Assembly (NCBI RefSeq): GCF_004010195.1
Contig: NW_025214117.1
Span: 1 to 39,254 of the forward strand
Direction: 5' to 3'
DNA length: 39,254 nucleotides
Source of the DNA: Chiloscyllium plagiosum
Lineage: Eukaryota
Part shown: positions 13,551 through 24,169 of the stretch, piece by piece
How the letters are laid out: each line of letters starts with the position of its first letter
Position numbering within the stretch: the stretch's first letter is position 1
Notes under the pieces: generated by a model
The model's database searches: none
What the model was told of the DNA's origin: nothing
The model's input: only the letters and a program-made list of their open reading frames with translations
Made by a program: the position numbers and the translations under genes

Positions 13551-13878
13551 CATAGAATCTCTACAATGGGGAAACAGGCTATTTGGCCCCACAAGTCCAC
13601 ACCGACCCTCCAAAGAGTAACCCACCCAGACCCATTCTCTTAATCTCTGCTCTACATTTCCCATGACAAATGCACCAAATCTACACATCCCTGACCACTA
13701 TGGCAATTTAGCATGGTCATTTCACCTAGCCTGCATATCTTTGGATTGTGGGAGGAAACCCACGCAGACACTGAGAGAATGTGCAAACTTCACAAAGACA
13801 GTCGCTGGAAGCTGGAATCGAACCCAGGTCCCTGCCTCTGTGAGATAGCAGTGCTAACCACTGAGCCACCATGCCACC
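13551..13878 (-). mobile_element. HE1-type tRNA-derived SINE (V-SINE) of elasmobranchs
   Basis: Minus strand starts GGTGGCATGGTGGCTCAGTGGTTAGCAC (A box) ... GGTTCGATTCC (B box), a V-domain-like TTTGCACATTCTC..TCTGCGTGGGTTTCC segment, and a CR1-like tail ending ATTCTATG; ATTAAT on both flanks. Confidence 0.85.
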
Positions 13879-14550
13879 AATTAATGGAGAAATTAATAGG
13901 ATTGAAGGCTGATAAATCCCCAGAGCCTGACAATCTCTGTTCAAGAGTACTTAATGAAGTGCTCCTTGAAATTGTGGATGCATGGTGGTCATCTTCAACT
14001 GTAAAATTAGCTCACATGGGATTAAAGGGTACTGTATTGAGATGGATAGAAAATTGTTTTTGGTCTGCTAACCAAAGAGTAGGAATAAATTAGTCTATTT
14101 CTGAATGGTACGCAGTGACTAATGGAGTACTAGAGGTTCAATGCTAGAACTGCAGCTATTCACAGTATATGTTAATGATTTATATGAGGGAACTAAATGT
14201 ATTATCTCAAAATTTGCAGAGGACGCCAAGCTGGGTGGCAGAGTGAGCTGCAAGAGGGATGCAGAGATGTTGCAGTGTGAGTTAGGTAGGCTGAGTGACT
14301 GGGCAAATGCACAGCATATGCAATATAATATGGATAAATGTGACATTATCCATTTTAATAGCAAAAATAGCAAGGCAAATTAATTTTTGGCCATAAATTG
14401 AAAGAGGGGAAAGTTGAACGGGACCGGAAGGTCCTTGTGCACCAATTGCTGAAAGCCAACACACAGGTGCCGCCAGCAGTAAAGAGGGCAAACAACTTTG
14501 GCTTTCATAGTGAGAGGATTCCAGTGCAGGAACAAAGATGTCTTGCTGCA

Positions 14551-14678
14551 GGAGAAAGTGAGGACTACAGATGCTGGAGATCAGAGTCTAGAGTGTCTTG
14601 CCAGAAAAGCACTGCAGGTCAGGCAGCATCCAAGGAGCAGGGGAATCGACATTTCGGGCATAAGCCCTTCATTCCTGA
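14551..14678. mobile_element. Short Penelope-type/hammerhead-associated repeat fragment inserted in the CR1
   Basis: Interrupts the CR1 frame and is flanked by TCTTGCTG (14541-48 / 14679-86). Minus strand reads ATGAAGGGC-TTAT-GCCC-GAAATGTC, a hammerhead-like stem II + GAAA lacking the 5' CUG. Confidence 0.6.
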
Positions 14679-15299
14679 TCTTGCTGTCTTGCCGCTGGGC
14701 ATTGGTGAGGCCACACCTAGAATAGTGTGTGCAATTTTGCTCTCCTCTGAGAAAGAAGACTCTTGCAAAAGAGAGTGCAGCAAGAAGTTTACCAAATTGA
14801 TTCCTGGGTGGCCAGGTTAATGTATGTTGAGAGATTGAGTCAGTTTGGATTGTATTCACTGGAGTTTAGAAGAACAAGGAGGGTATCTCCTTGAAACCTT
14901 TAAGATTTTAACAGGAAAAGGCAGGTTAGATGCAAGAAGGATGTTCTGATGGTGGGGGAGACCAGAACCAGAATTAATAGTTTAAGAATAAGCCAACTGA
15001 GATGAAAAATTTCTTCACCTAGAAAGTGATCAGCTTGTGGAATTCACGCTCACAGAATGTGCTTGAGACCAAAACGTGTTTTCAAGAAGGAGATAGATAC
15101 AGCTCTTGTGGCTAAAGACATCAAGGGATATGAAGGGAGGAGAGGCTTTGACAATTGAGCTTGATGCTCACCTATGATTATAATGAATGATGAAGCAGGC
15201 TCAAGAGGCAGTTGGCCTACTCCTGCTCCTATCTTCTATGTTTCTATATAAATATTTTGCCATTAAAGTTGATTAAATGTTACCACCCACCCTCCCATA

Positions 15300-16790
15300 A
15301 CTATGAAAAATAGTCACCTTTTTGATCATGTCTAGATTCTATAGGTCTGAGTCCATGGCTTCCTGTTACTTAGAGTTGAAGTTCTCCAATCACAGTTTTT
15401 CATCTTCGTGGAAGTCCATCTACCATGATCATACAAACCTTCAATTTTTTTCCACCAGTTCCTAACTACCAGACTTTTCGATTTGAATTAATATACTCTT
15501 AGTTCCATATTTAATTCAGTTTCTTCAGGCAAAAGAACCACCGTGGGTGCTATCTACACTATTCTTTTTATTGCTTATGTGGAAATCATCTAGTTTTTGT
15601 TACTTTTCCTGTTCTTGCTCTGATCTCTGGTATTTCATTGAAATTCTTGGAGAATTTCTTTACTATTTCCTATTTCCACCTTTGTATTTTTTTGGCCCAT
15701 TTACTTGTCCCATTTCCTATCTGGACTTGTCTCTACTTATTATTGATTTCCATTAATATATTTTGTTGTATTATCAATAATTTTCAGACATCATACTCGA
15801 GAGTGAAGTAAAAAACATTCTTCGACTCTTGCCTGCCTTAGACCACATCTGAGACCTAGCACAAGTTTGTGCAAGACCTATCTCCTCTCACAATGGATCA
15901 AAATCTATATGACCCTTTTGTCATATCTATTGGGACGTGAAAGGTATTAAAATTGTTAAAACAGCTTTGGTTTAAAAAATTGGTTTTGCTGGATTTCAAA
16001 ACGAATTCCACAAATCACATGATTTACAAGTTGGCCAAAAGTTCTGAAAGCTTCTGACAGTATGTAGAAGGGGAATATAGCCAGATTGATTACTCTTATG
16101 GGATTTTTCATCTATTGTTTGACTATCACACAAAACATCTTAACAAAGAGGGTTCAGACTCCCAGCTTCCAAGTCCAATTCAATAATACAAGGGGCATCT
16201 TGAATCTCATTGTGCTTGCAGTAGTGCTGAAAGAAGCTATCCATCTCCTAAGATATATTATGTCGATTTTCCCAAGGAGGTGGAAACTCCTTTGTTAATG
16301 TGAAAAGTTTAGTAATGGCTATCCATTATCTGGCTGTGTCTGGCATTGTGATTTAAACACCTCTGAAATTTGAGAGATTTGATCAATATTTCTGAACTTT
16401 TGAGTTGTTTTGCTGTGAAACTCCTTTATAGAGGACTGCACCAGATCTAGACTCTGAACTAAGCTGAAGGGTATAACTCCCTCAAATACCTGTTTACCAA
16501 AGGGATCTTGATGCACCTAGAAAACCAATGATCTCCTATCTACTAACCTTGTCAGGAACTCCCATCTCATTTTTGTGGCCTTATCACCAACTGTGAAAAA
16601 ATTCTTTGACCGCACACTGCAGCCATCCAGACTCTGATCTTAAAGTTAACTGATAACTGCTACTATTTTTTTTTTCGGTTTCAATAATCACAGATGTGAA
16701 ACTCTGCTCCTGAACATACACTATATCTTTCTTGAGTACATGTGTGACGCCACATAAAACAGGATTGAATATGTGGAATAAATCATCCTG
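15300..16790 (-). pseudogene. Possible decayed coding sequence of unknown origin
   Basis: Non-repeat, purine-rich minus strand with protein-like open stretches broken by stops (e.g. 68 open codons QDDLFHIFNPVLCGVTHVLKKDIVYVQEQ...WLQCAVKEFFHSW; EMDSFFQHYCKHNEIQDAPCIIELDLEAGSL). No family recognised. Confidence 0.3.
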
Positions 16791-16865
16791 TCACTTTAAA
16801 AATTGACTTCAAACAATTAGGGTCTTGGGAAATATGCCTCAGTCTTTTCAAAATTAAATCAATCT

Positions 16866-17075
16866 GTGGATGGAATGAGCTGCCAGAGGAAGTGATGGAG
16901 GCTGGTACAATTGCAATATTAAAGAGGCATTTGGATGGGTAGATGAATAGGAAGGGTTTGGAGGGATATGGGTCAGGTGCTGGCAGGTGGGACTCGATTG
17001 GGTTGGGATATCTGGTCAGCTTGGACAGATTGGACCGAAGGGTCTGTTTCCATGCTGTATAGCTCTATGACTCTA
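16866..17075 (+). mobile_element. CR1 LINE 3' end fragment
   Basis: Near-identical to the 3' end of the 7882-11486 element (TGGAATGAGCTG...GAAGGGTCTGTTTCCATGCTG..CTCTATGACTCTA). Confidence 0.9.
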
Positions 17076-17671
17076 AATAAATGATGGATGAGGGAGTTAG
17101 TAGAGAAGATAGTGACAGTGGGTAATTAGGAAATGAGCCAGAGGCTGGTATAAAACAGAATGACATGGCAGAGCTACACCACATTTCACACCCCACTACT
17201 CATTAAGCTACCAAGAAGCTTGATGAAGTTAAATTTTTTGGGGAGAGTTCAAATTTAGAACAATATAAAACCTCAAAAAAAGGTAGACATTCCATATGAA
17301 AATGCATCGTTAATAAAATAACATTGATACAGAAGATTGTGGAGCGCATTTAAAATTCATGCAAAACTAGTCAGAATAAAAACAAAAGACAAAAAAAATC
17401 CAAATATCAAAACATACACATAAAAAAAGTTGACCACAAATGATTTATAGCACCTTAACACAGTTAATGTTTGTTATAATTCTGCATTTCTACACTCCTA
17501 CAAGTACAAAGTCTCTGCTAAAAATCAGTATTTTGTTATTTTTGAAGATCAATAAATTTTAATGAGAATGTTGAACGTGATTGGATGTTTAGGCTTGTTG
17601 GAAACAAAGATGCAAATTTTGTTCAGTGACCATTTTTCCAATGAATGAATCGCTATAGGACAGAAGGTTCA

Positions 17672-17884
17672 TCATTGTGGCCACAAATCAATGAGGCAGC
17701 AATTGCTTTGGTGAAAAATAGGTGGCCAAGGAGCAAACTATGCAAAAGACTTGCTCTTTGAACAATGGTACTTTAAAGGGAAAATGGCATACAAAAGCAA
17801 ACAAAGTCTTCCAGTGAATACTTTCCTTCTTAAGCATCCAATTGCCAATACAATTACTACCTCATTAATTTGTGGCCTCAATAA
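17672..17884 (-). other. Long imperfect inverted repeat / rod-like RNA hairpin
   Basis: 17672-17711 pairs ungapped with 17845-17884: 33/40 Watson-Crick, 5 C-A on plus (G-U on minus), 2 true mismatches. Inner helices 17726-17741/17818-17833 and 17743-17752/17804-17813 also gain G-U pairs on the minus strand. Confidence 0.8.
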
Positions 17885-18602
17885 ACCCTTAGGCATTAAG
17901 CAAACTTTTAATCAACTTCCTTTACATTCACCCATCATTAGTTTGGCATAATAACTGAGAAATGTTATTTCAAGTTGCTTTCTGATTTTTTAGAATGATG
18001 TGCATTGACTAAATAGAAAATACCAGCGAGCTAGTCTGAAACCATCATTCATTCAAGTCATTTTACTGTGTTTTTTAAACAAATGGCCAATTGCACTGAA
18101 ACTTCCATTCCCATCTCATTGTAGGGTGTTTGGAGCAGAGCTAATTAAAAATTTTTTGGGCAAAAGGAGGATTTAAGAAACTATATGCACAATTGTTGTT
18201 GGGCCGTTATACCAAAATGTAATAAATTACACTTCAGGACCACACCTTCATTACTTGTATGGCAAAACCTGTTTATAACCATGAAAACTACTTGACACTT
18301 AGATGCAAATAGTTTGTGTAGAGATATGAAAGGAGTAGTAAGCATGTTATCTGCAATACAACATGCCCTCTAATTTCAACACAAAATGAGTCACAAATCC
18401 TTTAAGCCTTTTTGACAGGTTCTTAATACAGATCTTGAAGGAATATCTAACTTCAGACCTCCCTTACAAGGACACTGGTCACTCATTCATACTTGCTGTG
18501 CAGCCTGGTTGGAGTTTTCTCCATGTTATAATTTTCACTGCACTGAATTTCAATTGCTTGAGTAAGCTTAATTTTATTTACAACAATTGTGCGTCACCTT
18601 AC

Positions 18603-18713
18603 ATCACTCTTTCCAATACATCAGTACTCATTCCAATGTAATAATCCTCTGTGAATGTTAAGTCACTTCCGTATGTTGATCTGGTATAATTAGGATCATA
18701 ATGGATTCTATTT
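18603..18713 (-). other. Candidate 111-nt internal exon
   Basis: Minus strand TTTACTTTCTTTCTTGTTTAG acceptor and GAT|GTAAGG donor; length divisible by 3; one frame fully open (NRIHYDPNYTRSTYGSDLTFTEDYYIGMSTDVLERV). Protein not recognised. Confidence 0.45.
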
Positions 18714-21700
18714 CTAAACAAGAAAGAAAGTAAATTGACCCCAACATCAAATACGCATCAATACTTTTGAAATCCCTGGGGTGGAACAGGAGATAATTAC
18801 CATGTTTTTGCTACCAAAATAAAGATTTCCAAAGAATAAGAAAATACCCACCTGCATTCTATCACTTCACTAGGTTGGTTTTTGGAAGTCAGTTTAATTA
18901 CCACCTATTTTAGCTGCTGCCCCATTTAGAATAATGAATTTTATATAAAACTTTTGAAAGCTTACTGGAAAATGCTAGTTGTAACATTTTAATAAATTTG
19001 ACCGGAAAGCTGGTCATACCTAGCAAATTAATGGAGTTATGTAAAAGTAATAATGTTGGTATTTTACAAACCAATGCAAAACTCAAAATAAGGACTTTAA
19101 ATGGACTTAAAATCTGTTAAATCAAAAATATTTTTAAAATCTATTTTAGTTAAACTTTTAAATTTTTAGAAAAACAGTGAGGTCCAAGCAATAATTCTGA
19201 TGAGCAGTTTGAAGCTTGCACTCAGTGAATGCTGAGAAGCTCATGTCTAGTCAACAGTTAGCTTGTCTGAACAATGCAACATTTTATTATGCTAACTAAA
19301 TTGGATTCAAACAAATTTATTGCATCCTCCTTTCACCTCCCCCCCAGAATTATATACTTCAGATATATTTTATGCAGCTTTAATAAAAATCTTATCACTA
19401 TTTCTGATCACTGCCTTGTCCACTGCCTGAAGGACAGTTGACAAGGGTTCAATGCCGCTGTGAAAACTGTAGTGACACTTCATATTATTTGATTACATAC
19501 TGTCAGGCCACAACAAGCACAACATAAAATGCAAGTAGCACATTTCAGTTGTCTTGTTACATTTGTACTCATCGTTTTTAAAGTCATCATAGATTCTGAC
19601 TTAATTACAAGTTATCAAAATCAAAGTATGGAATCATATCATGTATTAATCACAATGTTTTCAGAACTTAAAAAGGTCACAGATCACATACATTTTCAAT
19701 CTTATTTTGATCTACAAAGTCAGTGTCGCAGTCACAGTACCAGTTGTCCAAGTAATAATTAAACAAAGGACCCTATTATCAGATACAAATACATATATAG
19801 TGTAGTCCGAAATAAAATAGTCATAAATCTCAAAAGGAAAGTACATTTAATCCAACATACAACCCGAATGCATAGCTAAATAATGGCGCCTCTATCATTG
19901 TTTTTCCCTATATTAGCATTGTTTTTAAAGTTACAATACAAGACATTCACAAGGCTCACAGATTTTTGAAACATTTTAAATCAACACATTCAAGCCTGGG
20001 AAAAAAAAATCATATTTTACCTACACAAACATAATCAGAAGCAAAAGCCGAAACAGATCTGAAACCGCAGATCTTCCCAGTCATGCAGGTATGAAAAACA
20101 ACTGTTCTATGATGGACTCTCAGGAACCAACTGTTTGTAGTCTATCACACAGGCTGACTAAGTCACTAACGCCTCTGGCCCAGTGGACACCTCACTCCTG
20201 TTTGAAAAGTGGTGGCAGCTGAAGGAAGAGATATTGATGGCTCACTAGTGGTTGAACAGCTGAGAAACCATTGCTGTCTTCTTCTATTACACCTACATCA
20301 GCAAAGTCACAGCTTGTAAAAGCCCACATGGTGAGGCCTTTCAGGCGAACTGCTCACTCAAAGTATGTGGCAACATTTTCCTCTGTTCTTTAAATTATCC
20401 ACAATGAAAAGTTCTCAAATGAGAGTGTCAGGTAAAGAAAAAAATCCAAACTCCAGCACTCAGTACTGTATCTAGAAATAAGACTTTCCAATGAAGTAAA
20501 TGACAAAAGCAACAAGCTTTTGCAACAGTGGAATGATTTTAGTTATATGACATACACATGAGTATATGATGTTGTAACTGATGGGCTTTAAGCCATAGCG
20601 TCAAGAAACACAGGTGTGGGGTAACTTCTTGGATTAAAGAAAACGCAGTCAAAATAATGGTGTTTATTCACCACCTAATATATTTCCAAGGTCTCATGAT
20701 TTACTACTGTATCTAAATGATACTCCCCATGTCCACATAAGGGGAAAGGTTTTTTGAAAAACAAAACATTACAGCAAGACAGTCATATTTCTAGTTTTAA
20801 TTATGTACAAAAAACATTTAAATGAATTAAGTTTGATCAATATACTGAATTAATAGTTTTATGTCACAATAGGTCTAATTGAAAACTACTGAGTGGATTA
20901 ACAGGATTATCAAATGCACTACTCTGCTGCTGGATCTTTTTAAGATTAACAATGAAAATTCCTAAAGCTCCTTGAGCTGTTCAAGGGTGTGTATGACATC
21001 AGTGGTTTATCGAGTAGAAAGATAATCAATGAGCATTATTAAAGCCTCGTCAGCAAGATCTTAAATAAAAGCACGAATTAGATTGCTCTCTGTGACAGCA
21101 GGAATCATGACCTACCCTATAATAATTAGGTTGATGACCGGCCATCGAAAGGATGAATCTGATCAATCTCACACGCTAGGGACTTACACATCCAAACTAA
21201 AACTCCAGGGAAAAAAAAACTAAATACTTCACATTTCTGACTTGCAGATTAGTATGTTACAAAAATAAGACAACACAAAAGAGAAAAAAAACCTATCACA
21301 AAAAACTCAAAAAAAGGCAAAGAGCAAGAACCTATTTACTGTGAATAACTGCAAACAAAGGCAAAACCAAATCAATTCTTGCATTCCATGAGTGAATATT
21401 TGTGCACTAATGATAGTTAAAATGTACATACATTAAAAAGAATGTTATGATTTTGCTATAGAAGTTAGAAGGAGGAAATCATCTCCCACAGCTCCAGTAT
21501 GCAATTCTATTTTTTTGAACCACAGATTGTGGGGGTGGCATGGAAGGGAGGGAAGATGGAGGAAGGAATAAACAAACCTGAGCAAATGGAAATCCAGAGA
21601 GTGAAATGTATTAGCCAGGGCTCTACCCAGGAGTTCAGTAAATGACATTCACTACAAGTGCATTATCAAAAAGCATGCTGTGCAGATCCACCCTTACAAA

Positions 21701-22585
21701 ACCTGCTCATTTGGAGGTCTTTCATGAGAAATGCTGTTATTTGCCACTGTGAGGACTCCCACCAACACAGCTGCAACATTCCCCAGTTGAGCAGGTGGGA
21801 ATCCATCTACCAATACAAATGGACACCAGGAGGTTTTGAAGCCCACCCAGCTTTTCAGAGAAATGCTTCCACCACCTCCCCCAGAACTTAACAGGATGGT
21901 GATATTTTTGGCACAAACCCAGGCTGATGAGGAGAGCTATTTATTGGACCAGGAATCACCTACAAAAAGAATTTTTTCTTTTTTTTTAAAAAGTGATCAA
22001 CCAAAAAAGGTTTACTTTGTCATTTTGCTTTCTAAAAAAAAAATTGCCCCTTCTGGTCAATCCAGTCCAATCCTCTTCCTTATCCTTGTAACCTACGATT
22101 CATAGTTAATGCTCAACCTTAAAAACTGCAAAATCCACAAGTCCCTCCACAAAGTTTGCAATCTCATTGTCTAATTAATATTTGAGCTGCTTTCCCATCT
22201 TCAGTCAACCAAACAAAAGGGAGATTTTATTTTCTCTCTGGTCACAGAGTAGCTCAAAGTATTGTCAAATGCAGTCTCCAAAGTTAGTTGTCAATTAAAG
22301 CTTTGCAGCCTAATCCTCTCAGACACAGCACTTTGGAATCTATAATAACAAATAGCATGATCACAGGTTTGCCAAACAGACTTAGAATCAGGTGGTTCAG
22401 TAATGAATAATAAAAACAGGACTTGCATTTTAAAATAAAGAACAAAGTCAAATTGTATTGCCGATTTAAAAACAGCTTTAACTGGAAACAATCAAATAAT
22501 CCAGAATCAAAACTACTTTCAAAGTTAGGAAGATTTAACCAGTAAAAAAAAACAACACTGGAGAGTTAAATTCCATTGGTGCCTA

Positions 22586-22975
22586 AACTGAGGGGTGGCC
22601 TTATAGAGGTTCACAAAATTAGGAGAGGCATGGATAGGATAAATAGACAAAGTCTTTTCCCTGGGGTCAGGGAGTCCAGAGCTAGAGGGCATAGGTTTAG
22701 GGCGAGAGGGGAAAGATATAAAACAGACCCAAAGGGCAACTTTTTCACATTGAGGGTGATACGTGTATGGAATGAGCTGCCAGAGGATGTGGTGGAGGCT
22801 GGTACAATTGCAACATTTAAGAGGCATTTGGATGGGTATATGAATAGGAAGGATTTGGAGGGATACGGGCTGGGTGCTGGCAGGTGGGACTGGATTGGGT
22901 TGGGATATCTGGTCGGCATGGACGAGTTGGACCGAAGGGTCTGTTTCCATGCTGTACATCTCTATGACTCTATGA
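22586..22975 (+). mobile_element. CR1 LINE 3' fragment
   Basis: LRGGLIEVHKIRRGMDRINRQSLFPG...RGHRFR...FFTLRVIRVWNELP plus 3' UTR ending CTCTATGACTCTATGA; same subfamily as 7882-11486. Confidence 0.93.
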
Positions 22976-23758
22976 TAATACCTAAAGATAAAAAGATAAT
23001 TTCAATGCCAGAGAGCTATTGAAAGATAAGCAAAATGAAAATAAATACAATAACTTGCATTGATACACACTGCCTTTGATTGGGTCAAAATGAGCACAGA
23101 AAAATACATATTTGATGCCTTTAAAACAAAGCAAAGCATTGAAGTTAGTATTAATGCACTTAGTTATTCTATGTTTTGCAACATATATGTTAAACAGTCC
23201 ACTTGATGCAGAGTTTAAAATCCATAAAATAAGTGAGAGATTTAACAGCAATCTATTGAGAATTTAGGTTATGCATTAGGTAGCGGCACTGCTTTAAAAA
23301 AAAATAGGTTTTACAATAAAAATTCTAAATTTGTGAATAATCCAAGCTTGGTGTGGTTTTCTGCATCAGTTTAAAAGTTCAAGCCAAGCAGCAGTACAAT
23401 TAAGTTATCAACTTCCAAATAAAGCAATTTGAAATATTGGAAGAGCTTACATAAAAATATGACATTCCAGATTCTCAGACACTAGCCATTGTCGAAAGGT
23501 TTAGGAAAGGAGCAATACTGCCAAATGAAATCTAAAATTTACATTCCGCAGTGAAGCTCACACAGCTCATTAGTCTTAATTCAATTCAGGAGTATTAAAA
23601 AAAATTCCAAACTGCAGTTTGCAGCTGTGTACTCTTCAAATATGATCAGTTCATATATTTTATAAATACAGTACTTTGCAGTAATATGGGACATTGCACA
23701 AGGGACTTTCAGTTGTGCAGCTGTGCTAGGTCAATTCTGAAACTCATCTTCGTAAAAG

Positions 23759-23817
23759 ATCTAGTGCCATAAAAGGTAAGGAAATAAATCTAGTGCCATG
23801 GTGGCAGGAAAATAAAT
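23759..23817. repeat. Two-copy tandem duplication, 29-bp period
   Basis: ATCTAGTGCCAT at 23759 and 23788, each followed by ..AAATAAAT. Confidence 0.7.
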
Positions 23818-24169
23818 GGACTATGTTCTGAAGTAAGCCTATTTGCTGCATGCAGAGTAACTGTTTTAAAGTGGTCACCCATCATACTTTTGAACAGAAT
23901 AAACTAGCCACTTTTTTTAAAGTCTTCAGTACATTCTGCATATATGCAATCACATTGTCAGACTTGAGACTTTTAATGGATTTTCAACAATTCAACAATA
24001 CAACACAGCCCGTACCCAATCCCAAAATCCTGTGGGTTTTGGACTTGTCTGAAGTGGTAGCCTTGAATTATTAGAATTAAAACTTTTGATTCTTCTGCTT
24101 TGGTTGGCATCACACTCTAACGCTCATATTCCTTCAAGATGTTTGAATGATGCGAAATAGCAGTGTGAT

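Larger units (their letters stand above)
13200..15249 (+). mobile_element. Old CR1 LINE ORF2 + 3' UTR, internally deleted and interrupted by two insertions
   Basis: LKADKSPEPD, LFTVYVNDL..ISKFAEDAKLGG, LVRPHLE; 3' end GGCCTACTCCTGCTCCTATCTTCTATGTTTCTAT. Confidence 0.85.

Noticed and set aside
13810..13878. tRNA-like A/B boxes (also ~12915, ~30430, ~38620)
   Set aside because: These are SINE heads continuing into repeat bodies, not tRNA genes.
600..14859. Many 60-156 aa ORFs in the supplied track
   Set aside because: They are frameshifted CR1 ORF1/ORF2 pieces, antisense shadows or chance ORFs, not host genes; 1647..1955 and 1814..2038 overlap the VPS39 exon in the wrong frames.
17791..17813. 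Cyrano (OIP5-AS1) miR-7 site
   Set aside because: Lacks the extended ACAACAAAATCACC-type 3' pairing of Cyrano and lies on the strand opposite the inferred transcript.
17690..17864. Canonical let-7 pre-miRNA gene
   Set aside because: The apical region is ~130 nt, there is no basal UG or correctly placed CNNC, and the 3' arm does not resemble let-7 star sequences; kept only as an atypical candidate.
21129..21170. SECIS-like ATGA..AAA..TGA hairpin
   Set aside because: Helix II is too short and poorly paired, and no selenoprotein CDS is nearby.
23451..23531. 81-nt minus-strand exon-like unit (TTTTAG...GTAAGC)
   Set aside because: Stops in all three frames and a weak pyrimidine tract.
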